Notes: generated from the letters alone by a model not told the origin. DNA of 64,000 bases from Candidatus Marinacidobacterales bacterium (GCA_965219415.1 OZ244742.1:1664001-1728000); one strand, 5' to 3'; counted from the stretch's first letter, positions 46,906-57,433 are shown. Numbers and translations: made by a program.

Positions 46906-46931
46906 TTGCTTTACTTGCTTTACTTGCTTCA
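46906..46931. repeat. Tandem 9-bp direct repeat (TTGCTTTAC x about 3), intergenic
   Basis: TTGCTTTAC TTGCTTTAC TTGCTTCA read directly from the sequence. Confidence 0.8.
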
Positions 46932-47008
46932 TAGGCCTGGGCAAACTATTGATGACTATTCCGCCCCGCTCGTGATGAAGTTCTGATTCAACCAGGAGCC
47001 ACCCGTCA

Positions 47009-47788
47009 GTGACCAACCCTCGTCTCGTCCTTCTCGCCGCAACGCTAGCGCTTGGACACGCGGCCTGCAGCGGTTCCGCGCCGTCTCCGATAGGCCCTGA
47101 ACTCGTTTCGCCCACCCCTACTCCGAGCGTTCAAACCGACGCTGGTTTACCGGTGGCCCCTCAAGTGCGGAAAGACATCCCCTTCGAGAGAATCCTGTGC
47201 TTCGGTGATAGCCTGACCTTCGGCACCACCTCCCGTGGGGTGTTGGAGCACTTCACGCTCGAGCCGGTGGAAGGCTACGTGCCGAAGCTGCGCCGGCTCC
47301 TGAGACGGGAGTTCGACTCCACCGCTCAGGTCATCAACTCCGGTCGTGGCGGCGAGACGACCGAGCGGGGTTTGGCGCGCTTGAAGAACGAAATCCGCTC
47401 CCAGCGCTTCGACTTGGTGCTGCTCTTGGAGGGAGTGGTCGACGTCAACAACCCCAATCCAAAGTTCGGGGAGGCACGAGCCAACCTGAAAGAGATGATG
47501 CGTGTCGTCAAGGGGGAAGGCATCCCGGTCATCATCGGTACCGTTCCTCCTCTCAGCGGAGATGGGTTCCGGATCCGCGGCATCGAGAATATCCCCAAGC
47601 TCAACGACATTATTCGGGAGGAAGCGAACGCGGAAAGAGTCCCCGTTGCCGACCACGACCAGGCCTTCGGCAATAACGAGGGGTTCCAGGGACCCGACGG
47701 GCTACACCCCAACGACGCAGGTTACGAAGTCATGGCGCAAACCTGGTTGGAAGAGATTGAGAAGCTTATCGAAGAGATGTCGACTTAG
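47009..47788 (+). CDS. SGNH/GDSL hydrolase lipoprotein
   Basis: Lipobox HAAC; FGDSLT, NSGRGGETT, DGLHPNDAGY. Confidence 0.88.
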   Translation: MTNPRLVLLAATLALGHAACSGSAPSPIGPELVSPTPTPSVQTDAGLPVAPQVRKDIPFERILCFGDSLTFGTTSRGVLEHFTLEPVEGYVPKLRRLLRREFDSTAQVINSGRGGETTERGLARLKNEIRSQRFDLVLLLEGVVDVNNPNPKFGEARANLKEMMRVVKGEGIPVIIGTVPPLSGDGFRIRGIENIPKLNDIIREEANAERVPVADHDQAFGNNEGFQGPDGLHPNDAGYEVMAQTWLEEIEKLIEEMST

Positions 47789-47807
47789 GGTCCGCGCAAG
47801 AATAAGA

Positions 47808-49334
47808 CTAGTTCGTCCCGTCTATGCCGTTTATGAAGACCCGCTGGGCGGGTTGAACCGCGAGGCGCGTAACCGTGGCCCCGTCTAAGAACACGATCTT
47901 CACATCGTAGGTGGCGCCGGCCGGCACACCAAAGTGGAGTATGGGCGAGTTCTGCGCGCAATACCCTGTAGCACTTTGCGACTCACGGAAGCCCCTGAGA
48001 TGTTCCGGGTCGTCGAGATGTCCTGCATCGTAGACATACGCCTTCGCACCGAACGCGCCCGCCTCGCCTTTCGGTGAGCGAAGCTGAACCTGCAGCCAAT
48101 TGTCGTCGTTGAGTTGGTTCCGGAAAAGCGTATTCTGACCGCGCTTGCTAACCAGGGCGAGGTCGAGATCACCGTCGCTATCGATGTCGACGAGGGAGAC
48201 GGCGCGGGGATTCGCACCGATGCCACCGATTCCGGGTGCCGACACACGTTTAAAAACACCCTTCCCGTTATTCTCGTAGACGGCCTGGTTGCCGCCGAAA
48301 TAAATGTCGAGGTCGCCGTCGTGATCCAAATCGCCTAGACCCGCGGTGAAGTCACCACGGCCAAAGATCTGAGCGAACTCGAAAACACCGTCTCCTACGT
48401 TCAGGTAGAGCTTCGCAGTGTCTTGTCCCACGACGAGGGCGTCGAGGTCGGCGTCGTTGTCGACGTCGCCGAACGCCCAGCCGTTACCTGGCGTGTCCTC
48501 CTTGAACCGGATCCCGCTCTCCCGTGTCACCTCGATGAAGGTTCCATTGCCTCGGTTGCGATAGAGCGCAATCGGACCCTGCGGCAAGTCGACTGCTTTC
48601 CATCCCGTAGAAGCCAAGTCGAGATCGCCGTCCCCGTCGAAATCGGTGAGCATGATTCCTTGGTTAGACAACTCCCGGCCGTCAATACCGAGCGTATCCT
48701 TGCGCTCGAAACGAAAGGAACCTCGATTGATGTAGGCGATGTTCTTCTGTCCGTCCCAAGCACTTAGGACGATATCCACCCGCCCATCCCCGTTGATATC
48801 GCCAGCCGCAACCCCTCGAGACTCGAGGTCGTCGATCCGAATGCCGGCACTCTCCGTGAGGTCGACGAAGTTTCCGTTGCCGTCGTTCCGATAAACTCGG
48901 CTGCGGCCGGTCCAGGTGTGGGCGTTGAAGAGGTCGTAGTCGCCGTCGTTGTCGAAGTCTGCGAAGATCGCGGCGTGGCTCTCCTCGCTGTCGCCGTTGA
49001 AGAAGCCGTCGTCTTCCACACCTGCCTCCAAAGCCTGCTCGATGAAGCTCGCATTGCCTTGGTTCACGAAGAACAGCTCCGGGCGGTCCTCTTTTGGATC
49101 GGCGATGTTGGTCACGTAGAGCTCGGGGAGCCCATCTCCGTTGGTATCGGCCGCCTGTACGCCGTGCCCCCCAAAGTTCCTCAAAGAGACGAATCCCGAC
49201 TGGTTGGTGATATTGCCGAACTTGAACTTCGCCCGCTCGCGAGCCCCCGCACCCTCGGGACCGGACATGGAGAATCCGATCACAAAGAGCGCCAGTAGAG
49301 ACGCAAGGGCCACGGAGATTTTCAATCGAAGCAT
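47808..49334 (-). CDS. CRTAC1 family protein (FG-GAP/VCBS repeats plus ASPIC/UnbV domain)
   Basis: Repeated D-x-D-x-DGD-x-D motifs; C-terminal GAFGAK...GYCAQN...LHFG; signal peptide. Confidence 0.88.
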   Translation of the reverse strand: MLRLKISVALASLLALFVIGFSMSGPEGAGARERAKFKFGNITNQSGFVSLRNFGGHGVQAADTNGDGLPELYVTNIADPKEDRPELFFVNQGNASFIEQALEAGVEDDGFFNGDSEESHAAIFADFDNDGDYDLFNAHTWTGRSRVYRNDGNGNFVDLTESAGIRIDDLESRGVAAGDINGDGRVDIVLSAWDGQKNIAYINRGSFRFERKDTLGIDGRELSNQGIMLTDFDGDGDLDLASTGWKAVDLPQGPIALYRNRGNGTFIEVTRESGIRFKEDTPGNGWAFGDVDNDADLDALVVGQDTAKLYLNVGDGVFEFAQIFGRGDFTAGLGDLDHDGDLDIYFGGNQAVYENNGKGVFKRVSAPGIGGIGANPRAVSLVDIDSDGDLDLALVSKRGQNTLFRNQLNDDNWLQVQLRSPKGEAGAFGAKAYVYDAGHLDDPEHLRGFRESQSATGYCAQNSPILHFGVPAGATYDVKIVFLDGATVTRLAVQPAQRVFINGIDGTN

Positions 49335-49443
49335 CAGGGAATTTCCTCGGCGATAGGTTGTACCTCTCTTAATACATGAAACGGCGGGACTTGTCAAGAT
49401 CCCTGGGCTTGCGGTCTTGCGGTCAGGCGCCGGTTCGGGGAAG

Positions 49444-51372
49444 ATGACGGCGGTGACTAGAGCCATTGTGTGGCGATTGGGGTTGCTCGGGTTGCTGCTC
49501 GTGACCGCGGCAGTGGCCATGGTTCGGATGACGAGCTCGACACGTGACTACCGTCTCGTCGAGCACCTCGAGGAATCCAAGGCGACGACCGAAGGCGGTG
49601 TCTTCGCCTCGTTTGCCGGCCAACCGAGCCTCTCCGGACCGGTCTCGCTCGCCGGTGATCGGCGCGCCGCCCTGACCCCACCGATCCCGTCGAGGCTCGA
49701 CTTCAATGTCACACTCCCCCCTGACCCGTCACTGCACTTCTCGATCGGAATCCAAAGTGAACGCGAGGTCGGTCGAGCCAAGGTGGAAATGGCAGTCAAC
49801 GTCGCGTACGAGAACGAGAGTCTGGTCGTCTACCGCGAGGTATTCCGCGCCTTCCAGCTCAACCGGTGGTATCCACGCCGAGTCGACCTCACGAAGTGGT
49901 CCGGGAAAAACATCAAGCTCCGGCTCGCCGTTGCGCCGGCGTTCGGTGCCCCCGATCCGCCTTGGGCAGAACGAGTCCGGGTCGCCTGGGGTGATCCGGT
50001 TGTTGGTAGCCGACCGGACCTGCGTCGGCAAGGGTCCAGCACGCGAGCCGACGATCGGCCTTCGATCGTGTTCATCCTCGTCGACACTCTGAGAGCCGAT
50101 TATCTCGGTTCTTACGGTTTCGATGGAGACATTTCGCCGGGACTGGACCGGTTGGCCGCGGAGTCGTTGCGATTCGAGAATGCTTTTTCGCAAGCACCGT
50201 GGACCAAACCCTCTATCGCGACTCTATTCACGTCTTTGTATCCGGAGGTTCACGGGCTGACCAACCATGAGGGACTCTTTTGGGGAAAGGGTCGTCCCAA
50301 TATGAGAACCGGCGTGCTTCCGGAGGAAGCAATCACCCTCGCCGAGATCCTGCGTGAGAACGGCTATCGCACAGCATCCTTCATGACCAATCCGATGTTG
50401 GCTCCCACCTACGGATTCGACCAGGGATTCGAGGTCTATGAGGTTCACGAGATTCGCGATTTGAGCAACTTGGTCATGGACGCCGCGACCCGATGGATCG
50501 AGTCCATACCAGACGACGAGCCCTTCTTTGCCTATCTTCACTTCATGGACGTTCATGGTCCCTATGATTCGCCGGAAAAGGATTTCGAAGCCTTGAAGGA
50601 TAGCCCCAGCTTGGGTGGCGACCGGGCATTGAGGGAAAAGGAGTACGACGAGATCTCGGACTACTTGAAGCGTGTTGATTGGGCCCGCGAGCCCGAGGCG
50701 CGGAGCGTCCGAACATGGCGGGCGCGCTACGCGGCCGGCATTCGGGACTTCGACCGTCGGCTCGCGTCATTTTTGGAGGGGCTTCGATCCTCGGGGCGAT
50801 TCGATAACGTCTATTTAGTTCTCACGTCTGATCACGGCGAAGAGCTCTTCGAGCACCAAGGGTGGGACCACGGCCATACTTTGTTTGGGCAACAGCTTCA
50901 TGTTCCGCTTTTGATTCGGCGGCCAGGGGGCGAAGGGGCCCGTGCCGTTACTGATGTTGTTGGCCTCATCGACTTGATGCCCACGCTGCTGTCCCTGGCT
51001 GGGATAGAGTCATCCGCGGGCGTTCAGGGACGAGACGTCTCCGCTCTTCTCGACGGCGACGCGGTCGAGAGCCGTGGTGTGTCTCGCGCCACCGCCACCA
51101 GCGATCGGCCCAGCCTCCATGCTATGCGCACGCCCGACTACAAGCTCATCCTGGATATCGATACCGGGGAGACTTGGCTTTTCAATGCGCGGAAAGATCC
51201 TAGCGAGCAAGAAAATCTCTCCGCCGAACGACCGGAAATTGTAGAGGAGCTACGTGATCGCCTGTTGACCCGGATCGCGGAATCGACTGCGGAGGGAGCC
51301 CTCGGCAAGCGATTGGCACCTATTCCGGACGAGCTTATCGAACAGCTTCGGGCTTTGGGGTACGTTCAGTAG
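49444..51372 (+). CDS. Ser-type sulfatase with N-terminal beta domain
   Basis: ILVDTLRAD, SQAPWTKPSIATLFTSLYP, TSDHGE, HVPL, QLRALGY. Confidence 0.9.
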   Translation: MTAVTRAIVWRLGLLGLLLVTAAVAMVRMTSSTRDYRLVEHLEESKATTEGGVFASFAGQPSLSGPVSLAGDRRAALTPPIPSRLDFNVTLPPDPSLHFSIGIQSEREVGRAKVEMAVNVAYENESLVVYREVFRAFQLNRWYPRRVDLTKWSGKNIKLRLAVAPAFGAPDPPWAERVRVAWGDPVVGSRPDLRRQGSSTRADDRPSIVFILVDTLRADYLGSYGFDGDISPGLDRLAAESLRFENAFSQAPWTKPSIATLFTSLYPEVHGLTNHEGLFWGKGRPNMRTGVLPEEAITLAEILRENGYRTASFMTNPMLAPTYGFDQGFEVYEVHEIRDLSNLVMDAATRWIESIPDDEPFFAYLHFMDVHGPYDSPEKDFEALKDSPSLGGDRALREKEYDEISDYLKRVDWAREPEARSVRTWRARYAAGIRDFDRRLASFLEGLRSSGRFDNVYLVLTSDHGEELFEHQGWDHGHTLFGQQLHVPLLIRRPGGEGARAVTDVVGLIDLMPTLLSLAGIESSAGVQGRDVSALLDGDAVESRGVSRATATSDRPSLHAMRTPDYKLILDIDTGETWLFNARKDPSEQENLSAERPEIVEELRDRLLTRIAESTAEGALGKRLAPIPDELIEQLRALGYVQ

Positions 51373-51412
51373 TGCTGGCTACGGTGCCGCGACGACCGAA
51401 CAGGCACGCGGG

Positions 51413-51736
51413 TTACGAGGAAGTGAACGGCTTCGGGCGATTCTTGTTGACCTTCGGGGTGTGAGCGGTCTTGTACTCGGAAAGCTCGGCTTCGGTGACG
51501 GTCATGTGCGATGAAGGGTAGCCCTCGCCACTCGCGTCGAGCTCGCGCTGCAACTTGAGGAAGCAGATCTCCGGAGCATCTTGATAGCGGACGCGGTTCG
51601 CGAGAAATGCCTTGTTCGAAATGGCCACTGTAAAAAGGCGGGGCTCGCCGTCGGGCCGCATTACCTGCAGCTGGTACTCACGGGTTCTCTCGTTGACAGT
51701 AAAGCCAACGTACTCTGCTCTTGGGTCGTTCGCCAT
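51413..51736 (-). CDS. Small hypothetical protein
   Basis: SD GGAGG; plausible protein EYVGF...REY...YQDAPEICFLKLQREL. Confidence 0.6.
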   Translation of the reverse strand: MANDPRAEYVGFTVNERTREYQLQVMRPDGEPRLFTVAISNKAFLANRVRYQDAPEICFLKLQRELDASGEGYPSSHMTVTEAELSEYKTAHTPKVNKNRPKPFTSS

Positions 51737-51834
51737 GGGTCTCGGTCCTCCCGCAAGCGCGTGGAGGGGCCAGGGAGACCCGCGCGAGCTCACTGCTATA
51801 TCTTATCATGATCACCTTGGGATCGTCGTGCCCT

Positions 51835-53106
51835 TTACCGAGTTAGCCGATAAATAAAGACCGCCGCACGCTGGGTGGCGATGGGGATCGTCGAAAGATC
51901 GAGATCTTCATTGACCGAGTGCGACCCCGCACCCACCGGTCCCAACCCGGCGAGAGAATCTATGATCGGCGCGACGAAGGAAATATCGGCGGCGCCGCGG
52001 GACCCTGGATCGATCGGTGTGATCGCCCCCAGGCCTAGATCCCGGCTGGCCAGCCCGAAGGCTTGCAGAAGATCGTAGTTCCCCTTGCTAGGCGACATCG
52101 CGGGGTAATCGTCCTCCCCGAAGTGAATCTTCGCCGAAGTCCCCGACAAGCTGTGGCTGACAATCTCGCGCATTCTGGATTGCGCCTTTTCCTTCTGCTT
52201 GTCCGAAATGAAACGTAGACCTCCCTGTGCTGTCACCGTTTGCGCAATGACGTTCGATTTTCCGAAAGCGGTCCCCTTCTCGGCTTCCGGGTCAAACTCT
52301 ACCGCGGTGCCACCGACGATGACTCCCGGACTGAAAGTAAGGTATTGCTCGCCGCCGAGCTCCTCGCGGAAAGCGTTCAGAATGCGGGCGGCTTCGAAGA
52401 TGGCTCCGTCTCCGAAGGCGGGGCTGAAGATCCGAGAGGAATGGCCTCGCTTGCCGGAGACCTCGAGCGTCCACGTACTGGCTCCTCGTCGTGCCACGGT
52501 TGCGTTTTTTCTCCCCACGCCCCCCTCGAACCCTAGGCCGATGTCACTTTTCTTGGCGGACTCGATAAGATCGCGGCGGACGACGCGAATGGGTCTTCCC
52601 GGTTTTTCCTCATCACCGATCAAGGCCACGGTGATGGTGGTGTCCTCGAGCGCTCCCACTTGATGGAGTGCTTTGAGGGCATAAAGCATCACCACGTCGC
52701 CGCCCTTCATGTCGGCAACGCCCGGCCCCTTTAGACGCTCGCCCACTCTTCGCGTGCTTTGGAATGGGCTGTCTTGTTCGAAAACCGTATCCAAGTGGCC
52801 GATCAAGAGGAGTCGCTTTCCCCGGCTGCCCTTTCGTTCGGCGAAGAGATGTCCGGCGCGTCCGACTTCTTCCGGTGTCGAGACCCATCGCGTCTCGAAA
52901 CCGAGGGCGTCGAGCTCGGAACGAAAGACTTGCCCGACTTCCTGGACGCCGTCCAGATTCAGCGTGCCACTATTGATGTTGGCAACTCGTTCGAGGAGGG
53001 CGACCGCTTCCCCGTTGTGCGCGTCAACATATCCCTGAATCTTTTCTTCGGTGGCCGACAACTGTGCGGTCGAAGCCAGGAAAAAAGCGAGGGACGCCAG
53101 TGTCAT
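51835..53106 (-). CDS. M20 family metallo-hydrolase (glutamate carboxypeptidase-like), secreted
   Basis: INSGT, GHLDTVF, GPGVADMKGG, DEE, GAAD, GSHS. Confidence 0.9.
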   Translation of the reverse strand: MTLASLAFFLASTAQLSATEEKIQGYVDAHNGEAVALLERVANINSGTLNLDGVQEVGQVFRSELDALGFETRWVSTPEEVGRAGHLFAERKGSRGKRLLLIGHLDTVFEQDSPFQSTRRVGERLKGPGVADMKGGDVVMLYALKALHQVGALEDTTITVALIGDEEKPGRPIRVVRRDLIESAKKSDIGLGFEGGVGRKNATVARRGASTWTLEVSGKRGHSSRIFSPAFGDGAIFEAARILNAFREELGGEQYLTFSPGVIVGGTAVEFDPEAEKGTAFGKSNVIAQTVTAQGGLRFISDKQKEKAQSRMREIVSHSLSGTSAKIHFGEDDYPAMSPSKGNYDLLQAFGLASRDLGLGAITPIDPGSRGAADISFVAPIIDSLAGLGPVGAGSHSVNEDLDLSTIPIATQRAAVFIYRLTR

Positions 53107-53585
53107 CAGTACGTCTTCCGGTGAGGTGACTTCCTCCAGAACTCGAGGAACTCGCGGCATTCCTCGAGTAGGATCCCTCCTGTTGATCGCACGCGGCTAC
53201 CTCCGAGGCGCGTGAGGGTTCGGTTCGAGATCACCAGCTCGTTGAACCCCAGCCGCTTGACGTCGCGGACGGTGGTACCGAAATAGATGCGGTTGATCTG
53301 GGCCCAGTTGATGGCGGCGAAACACATTACGCACGGCTCGCCAGTGGAGTAAAGCACGCATCCCTTGAAATGGGGCGACTCCATCTTCTTGGCGGCCCGG
53401 ATGATGGCGCAGACCTCGGCATGGCGAGTCGGATCGTTGGTCTTGAGTACCTCGTTGTGTCCAGTGGCGATGACTTTCCCCTTGTAGACGATGCACGAAC
53501 CGAACGGCCCTCCGTGTCCTTTCTCGACACCACGGTAGCCTTCCGCCAGGGCAATCTCCATGAACTCTCGGTGTTGGTCTGCCAT
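53106..53585 (-). CDS. guaD: Zinc nucleoside/guanine deaminase (CDA superfamily)
   Basis: GGPFG, DPTRHAEV, EPCVMC. Confidence 0.8.
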   Translation of the reverse strand: MADQHREFMEIALAEGYRGVEKGHGGPFGSCIVYKGKVIATGHNEVLKTNDPTRHAEVCAIIRAAKKMESPHFKGCVLYSTGEPCVMCFAAINWAQINRIYFGTTVRDVKRLGFNELVISNRTLTRLGGSRVRSTGGILLEECREFLEFWRKSPHRKTY

Positions 53586-53776
53586 CTTCGGCGCCTCCTG
53601 TCGAGCCACGGGATTATACTCCAGCGCCACTGTTCTCTAGCCAAACCTACCGCTCGCTCTCATCGCCAGCGATTTTCAACAGGTTTTCCGATGGCGAAAA
53701 CTTCATGGACGGCGCTCCGTCATCGTTTGCGGGGATCATGTTAACGTGGCATTACTATCCATGAGGAGGATGATAA

Positions 53777-55723
53777 ATGCCAACCCGCCGGATCTCGGGG
53801 CTCCCCTGGCCCAGAGCGCGTAGACTGAGTCCACTCTTCACAGCGCCCGCGGCGCTTTTGTTCTTGAGCCCCATTATCGGAGCAGAGGAGTCTAAGGGAG
53901 AGGTCGACGAGAACCTCTTCTTCGAAGACCGAGACAAGATTCCGCTGCAGTACCGCTGGGACCTCGACGCCATTTTCCCCAATCGAGAAGCTTGGGAGGC
54001 GGCGCGCAAAGACGTCGAGGACGCGCTGCCCGGTCTCGGCTCCTACCGCGGTCGTCTGGGTGAGTCGCCCGAGGTCTTGGCCGAGGCCCTTCAAGCGAAG
54101 TTCGATCTGGAGCGTCGTTTCGAAGACGTCTTCGTCTACGCTTTCCAACTTTTTTACGCCGACACTGAAGATGCGACCGCCAAAGAGCTCTCCGGTCAAG
54201 CGCAAGCGCTGGCCGGCAAGGCCCAGGAAGCCGCATCCTTCATCGAGCCCGAGATCGCACAGCTACCCGCCGAGCGCTTGACCGAGTTGTTGACCGCGGA
54301 CGGCGTCAAACCCTTCGGCCACTACATCGACAACGTCGTGCGTACCAAAGCCCACATCCGCAGCGCGGAGATCGAAGAGATCCTTGCGGGCTCATCGCTC
54401 CCCGGTTCCGGCCACCAGCAGGCGTTCACCAGCCTAGAGAACTCCGACATCGAGTGGCCGACGATCAAGAGCGAAGACGGGAAAGAGCAAAAGGTCGTCC
54501 CCGGGCAGTACATTCAGTTCGTGATGAGCTCGGATCGCCGGGTCCGCCGCGAGGGTTCCTTGGCTCTCTTTGGCGTTTACGACCAGTTCGCGAACACTTT
54601 CGCGTCTACTTTGGGCAGTAGCATCCAGCGGGACGCTTGGATGGCTCGCACTCGCGGCTACGACTCGAGCCTCGAGATGGCGCTCGATTCCACGAACGTG
54701 CCGCGTAGCGTCGTAGACACTCTCGTCGAGACGGTGCACGACAACATCGAGCAGGTCCACGGTTACGCCGCGTTGCGTAAGCGGATGCTCGGCCTCGATG
54801 AGCTCCACGTCTACGATATGTATGTCAACCTCTTGCCGGGTCTCGATCGTACCTACACGTTCGAAGATGGTTGGAGTCTGGCCATGGAGTTCTGGCGCGA
54901 GACGTTCGGCGAAGAGTACGCCCGAGCGGCGGAGCGAGCGCGCAAGGAACGTTGGGTCGACGTGTACACGAACCAGGGAAAACGGCCGGGCGCCTTCGCA
55001 TGGGGTACCTACAACTCCCACCCCTACTTGTTCCTCAATTGGAACGGAAAGCTAGATGCGGTCTCCACGCTGGTGCACGAAATGGGGCACGCCATCCACA
55101 AATACCTCACCGACGAGAACCAACCCTATCAAACTTCCAGCTACAGTCTTTTCGTCGCCGAGGTGGCTTCGGTAGCGAGCGAATCACTCTTTCTCGAATG
55201 GTTTCTGAAGAGGAGTGAAGATCCCGTGGAGCGCAAGCTTCTGCTGAACCAGGCGATGAACAGCATCACCGGTACGTTCCTTCGCCAGATCTTCTTCCAC
55301 GAATGGGAGGCCGCCGCCCACGCTATGGCGGAGCGCGGCGAGCCCCTGACGAAAGAGTCCTTGGGCAAGCTCTACCGCGATCTCTGGCAAACCTACTATG
55401 GGCCCGATCTCACGGCGGACGACGTCTACCAATCCGGCTGGGCCCGCGTGAGCCACTTCTATCGAACCTTCTATGTGTGGGTCTATGCCACGAGCTTCGC
55501 AGCCGGGGAAGCGATCGCAAAGCGTTTTCGTGATGGCGACGACACCGCGGTCCAGGACTACCTGGCGATGCTCAGGCTGGGAGGTTCTGTCTATCCAATG
55601 GACGCCGTCAAGAGAGCCGGGGTCGACATGAACGACCCACGAGTCATCCGTGCGGTCATGGTGCGTTACGGCGAGCTCCAGAAGCGCCTCGATAAAGAGT
55701 TGGTCGGCGAGAGCGGACGCTAA
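53777..55723 (+). CDS. pepF: Oligoendopeptidase F (M3B) with N-terminal signal-like peptide
   Basis: RWDL, GKRPGAF, TLVHEMGH, FVAEVAS, HFY..FYVWVYA. Confidence 0.9.
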   Translation: MPTRRISGLPWPRARRLSPLFTAPAALLFLSPIIGAEESKGEVDENLFFEDRDKIPLQYRWDLDAIFPNREAWEAARKDVEDALPGLGSYRGRLGESPEVLAEALQAKFDLERRFEDVFVYAFQLFYADTEDATAKELSGQAQALAGKAQEAASFIEPEIAQLPAERLTELLTADGVKPFGHYIDNVVRTKAHIRSAEIEEILAGSSLPGSGHQQAFTSLENSDIEWPTIKSEDGKEQKVVPGQYIQFVMSSDRRVRREGSLALFGVYDQFANTFASTLGSSIQRDAWMARTRGYDSSLEMALDSTNVPRSVVDTLVETVHDNIEQVHGYAALRKRMLGLDELHVYDMYVNLLPGLDRTYTFEDGWSLAMEFWRETFGEEYARAAERARKERWVDVYTNQGKRPGAFAWGTYNSHPYLFLNWNGKLDAVSTLVHEMGHAIHKYLTDENQPYQTSSYSLFVAEVASVASESLFLEWFLKRSEDPVERKLLLNQAMNSITGTFLRQIFFHEWEAAAHAMAERGEPLTKESLGKLYRDLWQTYYGPDLTADDVYQSGWARVSHFYRTFYVWVYATSFAAGEAIAKRFRDGDDTAVQDYLAMLRLGGSVYPMDAVKRAGVDMNDPRVIRAVMVRYGELQKRLDKELVGESGR

Positions 55724-55733
55724 GACCTTTCTC

Positions 55734-57365
55734 TCAGAGCTGCGCAGTCGGAAGGAACCGTGGGGGCTTCCGAGCCTTTGTCGCCTGCTCGAAAGCGTAG
55801 GCGAGCTTGACGAGGGTGGGCTCGCTCCAAGCGCGGCCGAAGAAAGACAATCCCACCGGTAGTCCGTGAACGAAGCCCGCCGGCACGGTGATGTTGGGGT
55901 ATCCAGCCACGGCGGCAAAGCTCGAGCTCCCGCCGCCCGAGAAGTGATCGCCGTTGACGAGATCCGTCGTCCAAGCTGGCCCACCGGTGGGTGCCGCGAT
56001 GGCGTCGAGTCGGTGTTGGTCCATGGTCCGGTCGATGCCCTCCTTCCGGCTCAACCGATGGTTGGTCTCGAGCGCCTGAAGATATTCCTCGCTGGTGAGG
56101 GGCCCTTTTTCTTGCGCTTGCAGGAAAATCTCCTGGCCGAAGTACGGCATCTCCTCATCGCGATGTGCCTCGTTGAATGCGATGAGCTCGGCGAGCGACT
56201 TCGCGGGAGCGCTCGGTCCCAGACCCTCCAGATAAGCATTGAGGTCCGCTTTGAACTCGTAGAGCAAGACCTCGAACTCCGTATCTCGACTCTCGTTGGC
56301 GCCCTGCGAACCGAGTTTTCCGCTTGCACTCGGCAGCTCCACCGGGTCGATGATCGCAGCACCTCTTCGCTTCATCTCTGCGATGCCTTCTTCGAGAACC
56401 GCATCCACTTTCTCGTGAAAGCCAAACGTTTGCCGCAATACACCGATCCGTGCACCACGGAGACCGTTGGCGTCCAGAAACGCGGTGTAGTCGGAATGCA
56501 AATAGTTCCTGCTTTCCGTGGTCGCCGGATCCCGCGGGTCGACTCCGGTCATGGCGCCGAGGAGGATGGCGCCATCCCCGACCGAGCGCGCCATGGGCCC
56601 CGCGGTGTCTTGGCTATGAGCGATGGGGATGATGCCGGCACGGCTCACGAGCCCCACGGTCGGTTTGATCCCCACCAGCCCATTCGCATTCGACGGGCAG
56701 ACCACCGAGCCGTCGGTCTCCGTGCCGATGGCGGCGGCGGTGAAATTCGCCGAAGTGGCGGCTCCGGAGCCCGAGCTCGACCCACATGGATTTCGATCGA
56801 GTGCGTATGGGTTGCGACATTGTCCACCCCGACCGCTCCACCCACTCGACGAACGCGTGGAACGGAAGTTGGCCCACTCGCTCAGGTTGGCCTTCCCGAG
56901 AAGAATCGCTCCCGCCTCACGCAGCCTCTGCGCCACGAAAGAATCACGTGGGGGGCGGGACCCTTCGAGGGCAAGGGAGCCGGCCGTCGTGGTCATCTTG
57001 TCACCGGTGTCGATGTTGTCCTTGAGCAAAATAGGAATGCCGTGCAGGGGCCCGCGAGCTCCCTTGGCTTGGCGTTCCTCGTCGAGCTCACCGGCGAGGG
57101 CGAGAGCGTCCGGATTGGTTTCGATCACCGATCGTACCGTCGGGCCTCGTCTATCCATGGCCTCGATCCGGTGAAGATACATCTCGGTGATGGATCGTGC
57201 CGTGAAGCGGCCCGATCTCATGCCTTCTTGCAGCTCGGAGAACGTCACCTCCTCGAGCTCGAAGCGTTCCGGCTGCGGCTCTGTCGATGACATCGCTCGC
57301 TTGGGTAGAGCGGCAGGCGCGAGGCTACCGAGAAGACTCTTTTGGATGAACTCTCTCCGCTTCAT
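55734..57365 (-). CDS. Amidase with Tat signal
   Basis: KRREFI; GPLHGIPILLKDNI, GSSSGS, GTETDGSV. Confidence 0.92.
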   Translation of the reverse strand: MKRREFIQKSLLGSLAPAALPKRAMSSTEPQPERFELEEVTFSELQEGMRSGRFTARSITEMYLHRIEAMDRRGPTVRSVIETNPDALALAGELDEERQAKGARGPLHGIPILLKDNIDTGDKMTTTAGSLALEGSRPPRDSFVAQRLREAGAILLGKANLSEWANFRSTRSSSGWSGRGGQCRNPYALDRNPCGSSSGSGAATSANFTAAAIGTETDGSVVCPSNANGLVGIKPTVGLVSRAGIIPIAHSQDTAGPMARSVGDGAILLGAMTGVDPRDPATTESRNYLHSDYTAFLDANGLRGARIGVLRQTFGFHEKVDAVLEEGIAEMKRRGAAIIDPVELPSASGKLGSQGANESRDTEFEVLLYEFKADLNAYLEGLGPSAPAKSLAELIAFNEAHRDEEMPYFGQEIFLQAQEKGPLTSEEYLQALETNHRLSRKEGIDRTMDQHRLDAIAAPTGGPAWTTDLVNGDHFSGGGSSSFAAVAGYPNITVPAGFVHGLPVGLSFFGRAWSEPTLVKLAYAFEQATKARKPPRFLPTAQL

Positions 57366-57433
57366 GGGGCACTCTCCTTTCTTTGCATCGAGAGGATGGC
57401 TTGCGGAAGACGAAGCTTTCGATGCTCAACGAC

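Noticed and set aside
47808-49334. Recurrent GTCGCCGTCG-like motifs
   Set aside because: Explained by FG-GAP DxDxDGDxD protein repeats
55866-57290. Long antisense ORFs (474 aa here; also 18879-19913, 2389-3183 and others)
   Set aside because: Shadow ORFs opposite well-supported genes in GC-rich DNA, with no recognisable motifs
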